Numbered from the stretch's first letter, positions 13,581 through 27,301 are shown. The stretch is 64,000 nucleotides of DNA from Balanoglossus misakiensis (GCA_040954595.2 CM082593.2:8689200-8753199); one strand, 5' to 3'. Translations and numbers: made by a program. The notes: a model not told the origin generated them from the sequence alone.

Positions 13581-15529
13581 GCATTAAACATAGGGGCCAC
13601 TGATAATAAAAGTTGATGCATTCCTTCATTTTACTTGATAACGAACCCCTCCCCTGACCCCCCCCCCCCCCCCCCCCCCCGCCCTGAAATGCCCCTATAC
13701 ACATCCGTATAATATAAAAACACTGTGTGTTTCAGTAGGAATAAATATTCATCCAGCAATTAATGCATGATGAACTGGGTTCGATTTTATAGCATTTATG
13801 CCCAAGTTGAGCTGGCGTTTCTACTTCTTCATAATCGCTATACAGAGAGGAGTCAACACCGTACAAGGGATACTGCAACTGATGTCAAATCCATCCTATT
13901 ACTTTCTGTTCCAATATGCATTCAACCAGTTGATTGCCTGTTCAAAAAGAGCAGTTTCTTTAACTCTTACTTTCGCTGACTTCAACTCACTCTTTTGACG
14001 GGGGCTTATCTTCATTTAGTAGAGTTTTAAGGGAGTGTCACACCAGACAAAAATACAAAAATGGGGCCCAAATGTCTTCTACCATTCAACCCACTGTGAT
14101 CTATTGCATGACGTACGTTGCTTGACTTCACCATGCGTACATGTCACTGCATGGCTCTATACACTCAATTAAAAAATAAAATATCTTTTGTAATCCATAT
14201 GCCTCAATTCTTGTTTTACTCCATGGCCCTGCGATAAATTCACAGCAATTTATTTTGCAATTTGATCCAGTATGGCCACCAGACAGCCATTTTAAAACCA
14301 TATGCATAGAGCCGTTAGTCAGACATGCTTCACCGACTTCAGTATTAATCAGTGGGGACCAAGTCGTTGACAATGATTTATTACCCAAGGTTGTTAGCTT
14401 TTCAGTTGAATAGTTGTTGTAATATATGTCTGGCTGTCAATGGGCACCCTAACCTGTCCAACCACCATATTACATTGTGATCAAGAAATGACCTGATTGG
14501 ATGTTGTCACATCCTGGGCCCCTTTTTATCCCCTGTTCAGTGTTTGACAGGAGCATATTTTTGTTTCTGTGTGAAAGTTGAATGTCTCTTATTTGCTGTA
14601 ATCAATCAAACAATACAAGGTGAGTGTTATGTCGTCTTTCTGTGCATAGGCAAGAAGAGGATACATGTATGAATGCAGAAGCCCCAGTGAATCGGATGCA
14701 GAGAAGTTTCCTTCCAAGGACAAAATGACTTTCTTTTTACTGACTTTGATTTCATCGTCATGGCAAGAACAGAACTTCTCCCACGGGTTGAAATTGAACA
14801 TTGATCAATCCCTACTTCAGTTATTTGATCCCTATTACAAATTTATTATTCTGATAGCATTTTTTGTAATTGTGTCAGAGAGAGAGAGAGAGGGAGCAGG
14901 TTAAAATTAAATTGTACACTTCAGTATGCGAACACTGCTTTATTACAGTCCTAAATTATCACTATGATTTGTTAAGCATATTAACCTGAAGGTTGTTGAA
15001 TCCTATAGACACCAATAAGCATTGCGCGTAACAAGCACTTAGTGTAAATTTGCGTTAATTGCAGGGGATACAGCAGCCTTCAGGTGTTTACCGTTTAGCT
15101 TTGTAGCGTAATTGCACTCACATATATAAGAACAAAGTAAAGTTAAGATATTAAAGCTAAATGGTAAACAGAATATAAAGGGTTTACAGCATTAGTCCTG
15201 TATTGATACAGAAAGCAAATATGACATTGAACAGTTAACCACCATTGAATATTGTTTGACTTGCTCTCTCTCTCTATAAACTTGGACGGTCATTTTTCCA
15301 TAATGTACTTGATATAGGCATGATTTACTAGTATTGTACATTTTGAAAGTATGAATTTATAATGTAGAAGAAATATGGTTAATATTGAAGTATGAACATG
15401 ATGTAAATTCAAGGCTATAGAGAATAGACTGCGGAGCTTAATGGATTGGACTGTGGATTTCCATCCATCAGTGTGATACATTGATTTTTATAGCAATATG
15501 AGACGAAGAAGTTTGGTTTTTGATGCAAG

Positions 15530-16083
15530 TGGATCTGTATTGACTGGTAATTTTGAGGGCCCCTTTACCTCTGCTGACCTCATTTGCATATCTAATTCTA
15601 GGCTTACCAGGAGAGCTATAGGTGCAGTTTTTTGGTAGCATGCCCAAGTATGGAACTAAAATTTGATGGTTAGTGTCAAGACCCCCTTGACCTATGTTGA
15701 CCTCATTAAATATGTGCATTCTAATTTTAAACTTACGAGTAGGGTTAAAAATGTAGTTTTCATGAAATTGAATTATTATGGAATGAAAATTTGTTTCCAG
15801 ATTTCAGGACACCATTCACCAATGTTTACCTGATTAATTATGTGCATACCTAATTCAAGGCTGACCAATAGGACTAGAAGGCTGGTTTTTGTTTCGAATA
15901 TATAGGTTTCGGGTCAAAGATTTTTGACAAAATTTTGAATGACCTTGAGATGACCTTTGACCTAGTTTCTCATACTTGGCATCAAGAGTAGATATTGCCT
16001 TGGCATTTAGAGAGTTATGCATACCTAATTCTACACCAACCAATAGTGATTGGGCCCCAACAATGCTGTTTGCAGCTTTAATT
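15530..16083 (+). mobile_element. Possible Helentron/HINE-like non-autonomous fragment
   Basis: Ends in gggccccaacaatgctgtttgcagctttaatt followed by a T-run, resembling HINE/Helentron termini as I recall them; internal tgaccttg/tgacctttgacc motifs. Left boundary is uncertain. Confidence 0.35.
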
Positions 16084-16129
16084 TTTTTTTTCATTTATTA
16101 ATTTATTTGCTTGCTTGCTTATCCATCTG

Positions 16130-16472
16130 TTCATTCATTCATTCATTCATTCATTCATTCACTCAATCACTCATTTATTTATTTGCTTGTGTGGGTGTAT
16201 GTTTGCATGTACCCGGGTATGTATGTATGTATTTATTGTATGTATTGTATGTCTGTCTGTCTGTATGTATTAATTGTATGTATGTATGTATATATGTATG
16301 TATGTATGTCTGTCTGTCTGTCTGTATGTATGTATTTAATGTATGTATGTATGTATGTATGTATGTACCGTATGTACAGTATGTATGTATGTATGTATGT
16401 ATGTATGTATGTATGTATGTATGTATGTACAGTATGTACAGTATGTATGTATGTATGTATGTATGTATGTAT
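16130..16472. repeat. Compound microsatellite (ATTC)n / (TATG)n / (TCTG)n
   Basis: Directly visible tetranucleotide runs. Confidence 0.97.
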
Positions 16473-16496
16473 GGGTGCCTGGGAGTACTTTCTGGT

Positions 16497-19400
16497 GGCA
16501 TTTTGGCCTCTGTGTTTGCCATGGCCGGGTTTTCGAATTCATATTCGAATTGTCAACATTTTTGGGTGTCTGTGACATCTCTCTCGTCACATTCTGGCCT
16601 CTGTGTTTGCTGTGGTTGTGTTTTCGAATTTTTATTCGAATTGTCAACACTTTTGGGTGTCTGTGACTACTCTCTCGTCACATTCTGGCCTCTGTGTTTG
16701 CCGTGGTTGTGTTTTCGAATTCATATTCGAATTGTCAACATTTCTGGGTGTCTGTGACTACTCTCTCGTCACATTTTGGCCTCTGTGTTTGCCGTGGTTG
16801 TGTTTTCGAATTCATATTCGAATTGTCGACATTTTTGGGTGTCTGTGACCACTCTCTCGTCACATTTTGGCCTCTGTGTTTGCCGTGGTTGTGTTTTCGA
16901 ATTCTTATTCGAATTGTCAACACTTTTGGGTGTCTGTGACTACTCTCTCGTCACATTCTGGCCTCTGTGTTTGCCGTGGTTGTGTTTTCGAATTCATATT
17001 CGAATTGTCAACATTTCTGGGTGTCTGTGACTACATCTCGTCACATTTTGGCCTCTGTGTTTGCCGTGGTTGTGTTTTCGAATTCATATTCGAATTGTCG
17101 ACATTTTTGGGTGTCTGTGACCACTCTCTCGTCACATTTTGGCCTCTGTGTTTGCCGTGGTTGTGTTTTCGAATTCTTATTCGAATTGTCAACACTTTTG
17201 GGTGTCTGTGACTACTCTCTCGTCACATTCTGGCCTCTGTGTTTGCCGTGGTTGTGTTTTCGAATTCATATTCGAATTGTCAACATTTCTGGGTGTCTGT
17301 GACTACATCTCGTCACATTTTGGCCTCTGTGTTTGCCGTGGTTGTGTTTTCGAATTCATATTCGAATTGTCAACATTTCTGGGTGTCTGTGACTACTCTC
17401 TCGTCACATTTTGGCCTCTGTGTTTGCTGTGGTTGTGTTTTCGAATTCATATTCGAATTGTCGACATTTTTGGGTGTCTGTGACCACTCTCTCGTCACAT
17501 TTTGGCCTCTGTGTTTGCCGTGGTTGTGTTTTCGAATTCTTATTCGAATTGTCAACACTTTTGGGTGTCTGTGACTACTCTCTCGTCACATTCTGGCCTC
17601 TGTGTTTGCCGTGGTTGTGTTTTCGAATTCATATTCGAATTGTCAACATTTCTGGGTGTCTGTGACTACATCTCGTCACATTTTGGCCTCTGTGTTTGCC
17701 GTGGTTGTGTTTTCGAATTCATATTCGAATTGTCAACATTTCTGGGTGTCTGTGACTACATCTCGTCACATTTTGGCCTCTGTGTTTGCCGTGGTTGTGT
17801 TTTCGAATTCTTATTCGAATTGTCGACATTTTTGGGTGTCTGTGACTACTCTCTCGTCACATTCTGGCCTCTGTGTTTGCCGTGGTTGTGTTTTCGAATT
17901 CATATTCGAATTGTCGACATTTTTGGGTGTCTGTGACTACTCTTTCGTCACATTCTGGCCTCTGTGTTTGCCGTGGTTGTGTTTTCGAATTCATATTCGA
18001 ATTGTCGACATTTTTGGGTGTCTGTGACTACATCTCGTCACATTTTGGCCTCTGTGTTTGCCGTGGTTGTGTTTTCGAATTCTTATTCGAATTGTCGACA
18101 TTTTTGGGTGTCTGTGACCACTCTCTCGTCACATTCTGGCCTCTGTGTTTGCCGTGGTTGTGTTTTCGAATTCTTATTCGAATTGTCGACATTTTGGGTG
18201 TCTGTGACCACTCTCGTCACATTGTGGCCTCTGTGTTTGCCGTGGTTGTGTTTTCGAATTCTTATTCGAATTGTCGACATTTTGGGTGTCTGTGACCACT
18301 CTCGTCACATTGTGGCCTCTGTGTTTGCCGTGGTTGTGTTTTCGAATTCTTATTCGAATTGTCGACATTTTTGGGTGTCTGTGACTACTCTCTCGTCACA
18401 TTGTGGCCTCTGTGTTTGCCGTGGTTGTGTTTTCGAATTCTTATTCGAATTGTCGACATTTTTGGGTGTCTGTGACCACTCTCTCGTCACATTCTGGCCT
18501 CTGTGTTTGCCGTGGTTGTGTTTTCGAATTCATATTCGAATTGTCGACATTTTTGGGTGTCTGTGACCACTCTCTCGTCACATTCTGGCCTCTGTGTTTG
18601 CCGTGGTTGTGTTTTCGAATTCATATTCGAATTGTCGACATTTTTGGGTGTCTGTGACCACTCTCTCGTCACATTCTGGCCTCTGTGTTTGCCGTGGTTG
18701 TGTTTTCGAATTCATATTCGAATTGTCGACATTTTTGGGTGTCTGTGACCACTCTCTCGTCACATTCTGGCCTCTGTGTTTGCCGTGGTTGTGTTTTCGA
18801 ATTCATATTCGAATTGTCGACATTTTTGGGTTGGGTGTCTGTGACCACTCTCGTCACATTGTGGCCTCTGTGTTTGCCGTGGTTGTGTTTTCGAATTCTT
18901 ATTCGAATTGTCGACATTTTGGGTGTCTGTGACCACTCTCTCGTCACATTCTGGCCTCTGTGTTTGCCGTGGTTGTGTTTTCGAATTCATATTCGAATTG
19001 TCGACATTTTTGGGTGTCTGTGACCACTCTCTCGTCACATTCTGGCCTCTGTGTTTGCCGTGGTTGTGTTTTCGAATTCATATTCGAATTGTCGACATTT
19101 TTGGGTGTCTGTGACTACTCTCTCGTCACATTCTGGCCTCTGTGTTTGCCGTGGTTGTGTTTTCGAATTCTTATTCGAATTGTCGACATTTTGGGTGTCT
19201 GTGACCACTCTCTCGTCACATTCTGGCCTCTGTGTTTGCCGTGGTTGTGTTTTCGAATTCATATTCGAATTGTCAACATTTTTGGGTGTCTGTGACTACT
19301 CTCTCGTCACATTCTGGCCTCTGTGTTTGCCGTGGTTGTGTTTTCGAATTCATATTCGAATTGTCGACATTTTGGGTGTCTGTGACTACTCTCTCGTCAC

Positions 19401-19975
19401 ATTCTGGCCTCTGTGTTTGCCGTGGTTGTGTTTTCGAATTCTTATTCGAATTGTCGACATTTTGGGTGTCTGTGACCACTCTCTCGTCACATTCTGGCCT
19501 CTGTGTTTGCCGTGGTTGTGTTTTCGAATTCATATTCGAATTGTCGACATTTTTGGGTGTCTGTGACCACTCTCTCGTCACATTCTGGCCTCTGTGTTTG
19601 CCGTGGTTGTTTTTTCGAATTCTTATTCGAATTGTCGACATTTTGGGTGTCTGTGACCACTCTCTCGTCACATTCTGGCCTCTGTGTTTGCCGTGGTTGT
19701 GTTTTCGAATTCATATTCGAATTGTCAACATTTTTGGGTGTCTGTGACATCTCTCTCGTCACATTCTGGCCTCTGTGTTTGCCGTGGTTGTGTTTTCGAA
19801 TTCATATTCGAATTGTCAACATTTTTGGGTGTCTGTGACATCTCTCTCGTCACATTCTGGCCTCTGTGTTTGCCGTGGTTGTGTTTTCGAATTCATATTC
19901 GAATTGTCAACATTTTTGGGTGTCTGTGACTACTCTCTGGCACATTCTGGCCTCTGTGTTTGCTGTGGTTGTGTT
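16497..19975. repeat. 89-91-bp satellite (~38 copies) with internal inverted repeats
   Basis: Unit cacattctggcctctgtgtttgccgtggttgtgttttcgaattcatattcgaattgtcgacatttttgggtgtctgtgaccactctctcgt. Confidence 0.97.
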
Positions 19976-20744
19976 CTTTCCGCGCCTAGGATGTTTTTGG
20001 TCATCTGATGAAGCTGGTTCTCTACAAGATCCCAAGAATCCCAAGATTGCAGTCCGTCTTCAAGCAATTTATGTTTTTGCGCGCGCGCGCGTCTGTCGCT
20101 TGCTCCGTTGTACTTTCCCATATTATAAATAAAGAATACGGTATGTATGTGTGTGCATTTTAAAATTTTTAGGATTTTATTATCTGTCTGTGTTCTTTTT
20201 CCTATTTTTTTAGGGTATGTCTTTAATGAATTTTTCCAATGGCTATAACAGATGAGAAGGTTTCAATTGCAATATGTTTTTATAATACCATAGTTTAGCA
20301 TGACTAACTTAATTTCATGATGAGAAAAATATTTCAATAAATACTTCAAGTCCACTAAAACTTGCAATAGATCCTTCAAGTCCAGTGTAGTTTCCTGGGA
20401 TCAGTTCATTAGTTGGGTTTTTTGTTTGTTTGCGTAGTATTCAACAGTTCGATATGTTGGTATATCTATTTTATGGTCACGTCTTGCCCACTGAGTCTGT
20501 CGGTAATCAATAGATTTTCCCCACATTGCTAGCGAGTCCCACACAACGACGGCCCCAATCAACAGACTCAGTGCACAAGTAGGTTCTTTAAAATTACCTT
20601 AATGATTTTGCCTTTACTTGACATAATTAAGTATTTTTATATCACACTTTTAATGCATTTGCATCGTTGCATGTATATGCATTGTGTGATTACTAGGTTT
20701 ATAGTGCTTTGATTTTTGATGATTTTTTTTTCTTTTTAAATACA

Positions 20745-23335
20745 TAAATAATGTGTTTGCAGTAGCCATATAGGCATAATTGTTTTTTTTTTGGCAGGGG
20801 GGGGGGATATATTGGTGAATTTGCTCTTAAATTGAATAGCATTAAGCCTATGCAACATGGCTTACAGGCAACACATTATTTAAACTTTGTGGACAATAAA
20901 AGAAACTTCACATTGTGGAGTTTTCTTTATTTTATACACTTTCAGTTTTGAGTTATTTAAACGCACATCTTTAGCCTTTTTCCTCAATGTTCGAGGGTCT
21001 TTAATGAACTTTTTTCCAATGGCTGTATCAGACGAGGTAATTTGCTTTGGCTTGACATTGCCAAATATTTATGCATCGTCTGAGTGTTTGCAGTCCTTTG
21101 ATTTTATTGATGAAAATTTCCTTTATAAGAACATAAATAATGTGTTTGCAGAAGCCATGTATTCATAATTGTTTTGTTTTGATTGTATTTTTTGTTGGGG
21201 GGGAGGGTAGTAAATCAGTAAATTTGCTCATAAATTGAATGGCATGGAGATCATGCATCATGGCTTACAGGCAACACATTATTTACAATGATATACTTCT
21301 TTTTAAGAAGTTTTCTCTATTTTATACACATTTAGTTTTCAGTTATTTTACATTTTAACATTCCTCTTTTTCCTTAATTTAAGAGGGTCTTTCACATTTT
21401 CAAGTGACTTTATCAGATAAGATTTTAATTTTCTAAATAATGTGTTTGCAGAAGCCATATATTCATAATTGTTATGTTTGTATTTCGGGGGGAGGGTAGT
21501 AAATCAGTAAATTTGCTTATAAATTGAATGGCATGGAGATCATGCATCATGGCTTACAGGCAACACATTATTTACAATGATATACTTCTTTTCAAGAAGT
21601 TTTCTCTATTTTATACACATTTAGTTTTCAGTTATTTTACATTTTAACATTCCTCTTTTTCCTTAATTTAAGAGGGTCTTTCACATTTTCAAGTGACTTT
21701 ATCAGATAAGATTTTAATTTGCTAAATAATGTGTTTGCAGAAGCCATATATTCATAATTGTTATGTTTGTATTTCGGGGGGAGGGTAGTAAATCAGTAAA
21801 TTTGCTCATAAATTGAATGGCATGGAGATCATGCATCATGGCTTACAGGCAACACATTATTTACAATGATATACTTCTTTTCAAGAAGTTTTCTCTATTT
21901 TATACACATTTAGTTTTCAGTTATTTTACATTTGAACATTCTTTTTTTTCCTTAATTTAAGAGGGTCTTTCACATTTTCAAGTGACTTTATCAGATAAGA
22001 TTTTAATTTTCTAAATAATGTGTTTGCAGAAGCCATATATTCATAATTGTTATGTTTTGTTTGTATTTCGGGGGGAGGGTAGTAAATCAGTAAATTTGCT
22101 TATAAATTGAATGGCATGGAGATCATGCATCATGGCTTACAGGCAACACATTATTTACAATGATATACTTCTTTTTAAGAAGTTTTCTCTATTTTATACA
22201 CGTTTAGTTTTCAGTTATTTTACATTTGAACATTCCTCTTTTTCCTTAATTTAAGAGGGTCTTTCACATTTTCAAGTGACTTTATCAGATAAGATTTTAA
22301 TTTGCTAAATAATGTGTTTGCAGAAGCCATATATTCATAATTGTTTTGTTTTGTTTGTATTTCGGGGGGGGGGGGGGGGTAGTAAATCAGTAAATTTGCT
22401 TATAAATTGAATGGCATGGAGATCATGCATCATGGCTTACAGGCAACACATTATTTACAATGATATACTTCTCTTCAAGAAGTTTTCTCTATTTTATACA
22501 CATTTAGTTTTCAGTTATTTTACATTTTAACATTCCTCTTTTTCCTTAATTTAAGAGGGTCTTTCACATTTTCAAGTGACTTTATCAGATAAGATTTTAA
22601 TTTGCTAAATAATGTGTTTGCAGAAGCCATATATTCATAATTGTTTTGTTTTGTTTGTATTTCGGGGGGGGGGGTAGTAAATCAGTAAATTTGCTTATAA
22701 ATTGAATGGCATGGAGATCATGCATCATGGCTTACAGGCAACACATTATTTACAATGATATACTTCTTTTTAAGAAGTTTTCTCTATTTTATACACATTT
22801 AGTTTTCAGTTATTTTACATTTTAACATTCCTCTTTTTCCTTAATTTAAGAGGGTCTTTCACATTTTCAAGTGACTTTATCAGATAAGATTTTAATTTGC
22901 TAAATAATGTGTTTGCAGAAGCCATATATTCATAATTGTTTTGTTTTGTTTGTATTTCGGGGGGAGGGTAGTAAATCAGTAAATTTGCTTATAAATTGAA
23001 TGGCATGGAGATCATGCATCATGGCTTACAGGCAACACATTATTTACAATGATATACTTCTTTTTAAGAAGTTTTATACACATTCAGTTTTCAGTTATTT
23101 TACATTTTAACATTCCTCTTTTTCCTTAATTTAAGAGGGTCTTTCACATTTTCAAGTGACTTTATCAGATAAGATTTTAATTTGCTAAATAATGTGTTTG
23201 CAGAAGCCATATATTCATAATTGTTTTGTTTTGTTTGTATTTCGGGGGGAGGGTAGTAAATCAGTAAATTTGCTTATAAATTGAATGGCATGGAGATCAT
23301 GCATCATGGCTTACAGGCAACACATTATTTACACT
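20745..23335. repeat. ~290-300-bp AT-rich tandem repeat (~8-9 copies, first diverged)
   Basis: aaataatgtgtttgcag(a/t)agccat recurs at about 20746, 21135, 21435, 21724, 22013, 22307, 22607, 22902 and 23187. Confidence 0.93.
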
Positions 23336-24876
23336 TTTTTGACAGTAAAATACTTTCAATTTGCTTTTGAAGATTTCAACATTCATCTACATTTTCCCCC
23401 CAATTTTGGGGGATCATCAATGAAGTCTTCGCAGTGGCTGTAACTGATGAGGTTTCCTGCGTATATCTCTTCAAGTCCAGCACAGTTTCATTTTATCACA
23501 GGAGCCATCCCAAGGAGAAAGGGGTCTTTATAAGGGTGGGGGATATTTATGACTATATGACCCGTTTCTGTTTGGGATCGCCCCCAGTACATTAGTCACT
23601 TTAGACTCAACTGCTGTGTGCAGTGTTCAATAGTATGACTTTATTCTTTTTGTATTTTAATATGAAATTTAAGATTTTACGTTCACGTGACATTGTTTGA
23701 GATTTATTCTTATAGACATTAAGGTCCACTATGTGTTACATTTGACAAATTTTTCAGTACGTAATTTTGGTCTATGTATGCACCACGATTTCTGGTATGC
23801 ATAATCAGCATTGTTATTGTTAACAATTGTATTCAAGTCAATTGAATGCATTTGTCAATATTAACAATTCTGTACCAAAAATTACAGGTAGTTGCCCTTT
23901 AATTGTAAATGCTACATTTAGAACAGTGTAACACCAAACCTATTATGGTTTATTGAGAACACTTTATTCATTCAGAGATGAAATATTAATTTTTGTCAGT
24001 TTTAGTTTAGACCTACAATACCAAATTTTGCTTGGTATTGTAAAACTTCCAACATTTTCTTTCTGTGAACCTGCTATTTTGTGTAACAGATTAGCATCTT
24101 AACTTGAAAGTAGGGTTTTCAAAGAGGCATTAATTTAGAAATAGAATTTTTTGTAACGTTGGTGAATTACCTACGCTTTCCCAGAGTTTTTTCCCCTTAT
24201 CCTGAAAAAAAGGTTTTATCTCTGGGTTTTGGTGCGGGGTAAATTTTGTTTATATATCATTCAAGTTTAGAATAAAGTACATGAGCCGCTCCTCATGTAA
24301 AATTGACATGTATTGTGTGTGTGTATGCTTTTGGATGTGGTCGCCTGCAGGCCAGGTGGCATGGCCATGGAGACTACACGTGGAGTGGGTTGGGTCTTTG
24401 TATGTATGTCTTGAGAGCTAGTGGATTGTGTGCATCAGTCAACAGGACATGTGTATGAACTTGAAAATGGTAGCTTCTATCACAGGGATAGTTGATGTGT
24501 AGATGTGATCTGGTGGCAGAATGTGAACACCGTCTGTGAAGCTGAATTGGGAGGGAGTAAAGAATGTTGGGATGAGAATCTGGTGGAATAGCCATGCTGT
24601 TCTGTCTATACCCCCTGGTTGCAAAGTCATTAAAAACTCCATGAACAAATGGAACATCATGTAAAACGTTTATTTTATGAAGAATACAATTAGGGGTGCA
24701 ACACAGTGCATGGGAACAGCCTCAGTGATGACTCCATCATAGTCCAATTCAGTGAGGACACAATATGTCTCAAAGCAAGAGTTGTAGAATGATAAATGCT
24801 TAAAAAAACATGTAATAATGTTGAATCTGGCAGTATTCATTCAGATTTGTCTGTGAAATGCGCGTGGAAAGGATGT

Positions 24877-25204
24877 TTAATCAGTCAAGAAATTCTGGAC
24901 TGTTGCATTCACTAGTTTTTCTCCTGTTACATCTTTAAATTTCATCCCCATGTTATTGCGTACACCTTCGGATGACTGGTAATGGAAATTTGGCTTCTCT
25001 TGCAGAATTATGCTGAAAATAAATTCTGCTGCTTCATCTGCCGTCTGGCCTATACCGGCAATCATTCTCTGGCGAGCCCTTTCATTCACTTTGGTTAACT
25101 CAATAGTGGCAGCATCTGTTTTGGATAGATCAACATCCTGAAGCAACAGGTCCATATTCTTTCTCACATCTGTCATCACTGGTCCAAATTGTACAGTGCT
25201 GACG
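24877..25204 (-). CDS. SDR exon 4 (terminal)
   Basis: Acceptor cttacag|, VSTVQFGPVMTD...NFLTD*. Confidence 0.88.
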
Positions 25205-27301
25205 CTGTAAGGTACCATGAAATTTAGAGTTATGTAATATTTCAGACGATGAAATATTTCAGACAATGAGACAGTAGAGGATCTCTCTATATGAATAAAA
25301 TCAGGTGTAGACATAGGCGGTGTTTTACCTTTGCTAATATGGGGGTCACACAGGCATCATTAAGACGGTTCTGAAGTGTCTCAGATTTGAAACCGTCTTT
25401 AAAGATTTGTGGACGGTAAGTGTCCTGAAACGTCTCAGATTTGAGACGGCTCTGCCGGCCAGACCTGAGCCGGTGTAAAGGATTAACACCTCTCCGCAAT
25501 CCATTGTCTATGGGACTGAGCCTCAGCGCCTATACACAAACTTTGTGTGTGTGGACACAACGCGACTCAAAGGATTAACGCTCTGTGTTAGGGCAAAGAG
25601 TGTCTCAAATTTTACCCTGTGTATACCTGGTAAAAGTCTCTACTGTTCACATACTGCTTCTGTAGCCATGTACAAGACGCGAAATACATTTCAACATGTT
25701 TTAGGAAGTATAGAATGTGAAATTGCAGTCATTACACAGAATGGAAAAAGTAAAAAAAAAAAACTGAAAATATCCAAGGAAAACTACAACATTCCTTGTA
25801 TTAGCCAAGTAAAATTCTTTACTTACTAAACATTGAATTTCCGCATAGAGGATACCAAACATTCAGACATGCCTTCCATCGCATATTTTGATGCAGAATA
25901 AACTTCTTTAAATGGGGTGCCTGTTGCATTCAACAAAGAAAATAACTTTGAGAAGACGAGAGGTGCATTTTTGAAAACAACGTCACTCCCGTCTTATATA
26001 CAGGGTTGGGCGACCTAGGTCATGTTTTCCACGATTATGGTGTTTTTTAGTTATCTACAAATCAACAAACAGCAAGAAATGACACATTGATTTTTTTTAA
26101 TTTTTATTATTATCATCATCATTTCCAATCCCTAAGCTCCCTATGATAAGAGAGAGAGCTCAACACATGTACTGTTTCCTAATTTCAGTGTAATTTTTGG
26201 AACTTAAACTTACCAGTGACACCATACAAGGAGCTCACGTTTATAATTTTCCCAGATCTTTGCTTTTTCATTGTAGCTAGGGTGGCGCGTATAGTTCTTA
26301 ATGGTCCATAAAAATTAGTTTCCATCACATGTCGAACGGTTTCCATGGGGACACATTCAAACACTGCGCACAATCCAAGTCCAGCATTGTTAACTAAAAG
26401 AATAACAAGATAACATTTCAGTATCTTGATTAATCCAGCTTTGGTGATCGAATTTATGCCACTGGGATGGATATGGACAGCTACAACGTCAAAGTTTCTA
26501 TATCGTGTACTTCCTGGATTTCTTTTACCCGTCAAGCCCCTGTCCGGTCAATGAACTATCGCGTTCCAGTTGCTCTCTGTGCGTTGCTATGAACGTGACG
26601 TCACTGCGAGATCCCATCCCTTCTTTCAAGGCTTCTTTCAGTGCTTTGGTCTCGCAGTGACGTCACGTTCAAATATAAATATGGGTCTTTTGGGCTCCTT
26701 TGACTGTAGGTCTATATTACCCCTATTTGGATCGCTTTCAACACTTTGACCCCGCTCCCATCAAACTTTCGGAGATATACGAGACACACCCCCTCCTTAT
26801 GGCCCTGCCGCCATACTACACTGGTACGTTACCAGCTGTGTCCACGATTTTTTTTTTTTGCGGTGAGAGGGCGGACCTGCATCCCGCCCTCTCCCCGTAA
26901 AAACAAAAATCGTCCAGGGAAGATGGAGGGGCTGCAAAACTGCAGCAATGTCCCACATTGGCCACAGTTCACAAGACCACTTCGAGAATATCTGAAATCC
27001 ACGAAAGAATATAATGTTGCTACCCTAACTACATACCTAAAACATCGATTCTCCCGGTCTCCTGAAAAAGATTTCTGAAGAAATCATCCACCGAATCGTC
27101 TTTAGTCACGTCAAGCTGGCGTACGAAAAGTGTTTTGTCCAGAACGTCTGCGGCTCCAATATCGAGGGCACCGCGTTTGGATAAGTTTCTCATGGTTGCG
27201 TACACCTTGTATCTCTTGTCTTTGTCCTTTGCCAGCATTGTGGCCAAGGACAGCCCTATCCCAGTTGAACAACCTGTAATAACTACGACTAGTTGCGCCA
27301 T
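24877..27301 (-). CDS. Short-chain dehydrogenase/reductase, RDH8/17-beta-HSD1-like; 4 exons: 27301-27037, 26393-26214, 25920-25827, 25204-24877 (867 nt, 288 aa)
   Basis: Exon 1 has VVVITGCSTGIG (Rossmann TGxxxGIG), YATMRN and QLDVT; DVL|VNNAG spans intron 1; exon 2 has IINVSS; exon 3 has catalytic YSASK (YxxxK); exon 4 has VQFGPVMT...QTADEAAE. All introns are GT-AG with consistent phases. Confidence 0.92.
25340..25630. mobile_element. Dispersed repeat / MITE-like element in SDR intron 3 (second copy at ~53305-53612)
   Basis: Shares atgggggtcacac...attaagacggttctgaag...acacctctccgcaa.ccattgtctatgggactgagcctcagcgcctat...gactcaaaggattaa.gctctgtgtt with the copy in CPE intron 1. Confidence 0.7.
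25827..25920 (-). CDS. SDR exon 3 (catalytic YxxxK; absent from ORF track)
   Basis: Acceptor gcaacag|, GTPFKEVYSASKYAMEGMSECLVSSMRKFNV, donor |gtaagt. Confidence 0.9.
26214..26393 (-). CDS. SDR exon 2
   Basis: Acceptor cttttag|, VNNAGLG...IINVSSLYGVT, donor |gtaagt. Confidence 0.92.
27037..27301 (-). CDS. SDR exon 1
   Basis: MAQLVVVITGCSTGIG...IDVL, donor G|gtatgt. Confidence 0.92.

Noticed and set aside
16050-20132. Dozens of Cys/Phe-rich ORFs
   Set aside because: Microsatellite and 91-bp satellite translation artefacts.
24350-24660. SGNH-hydrolase-like fragments (WHGHG..W on plus; DGVHI on minus)
   Set aside because: The motifs are on opposite strands and very short; likely SDR 3' flank.
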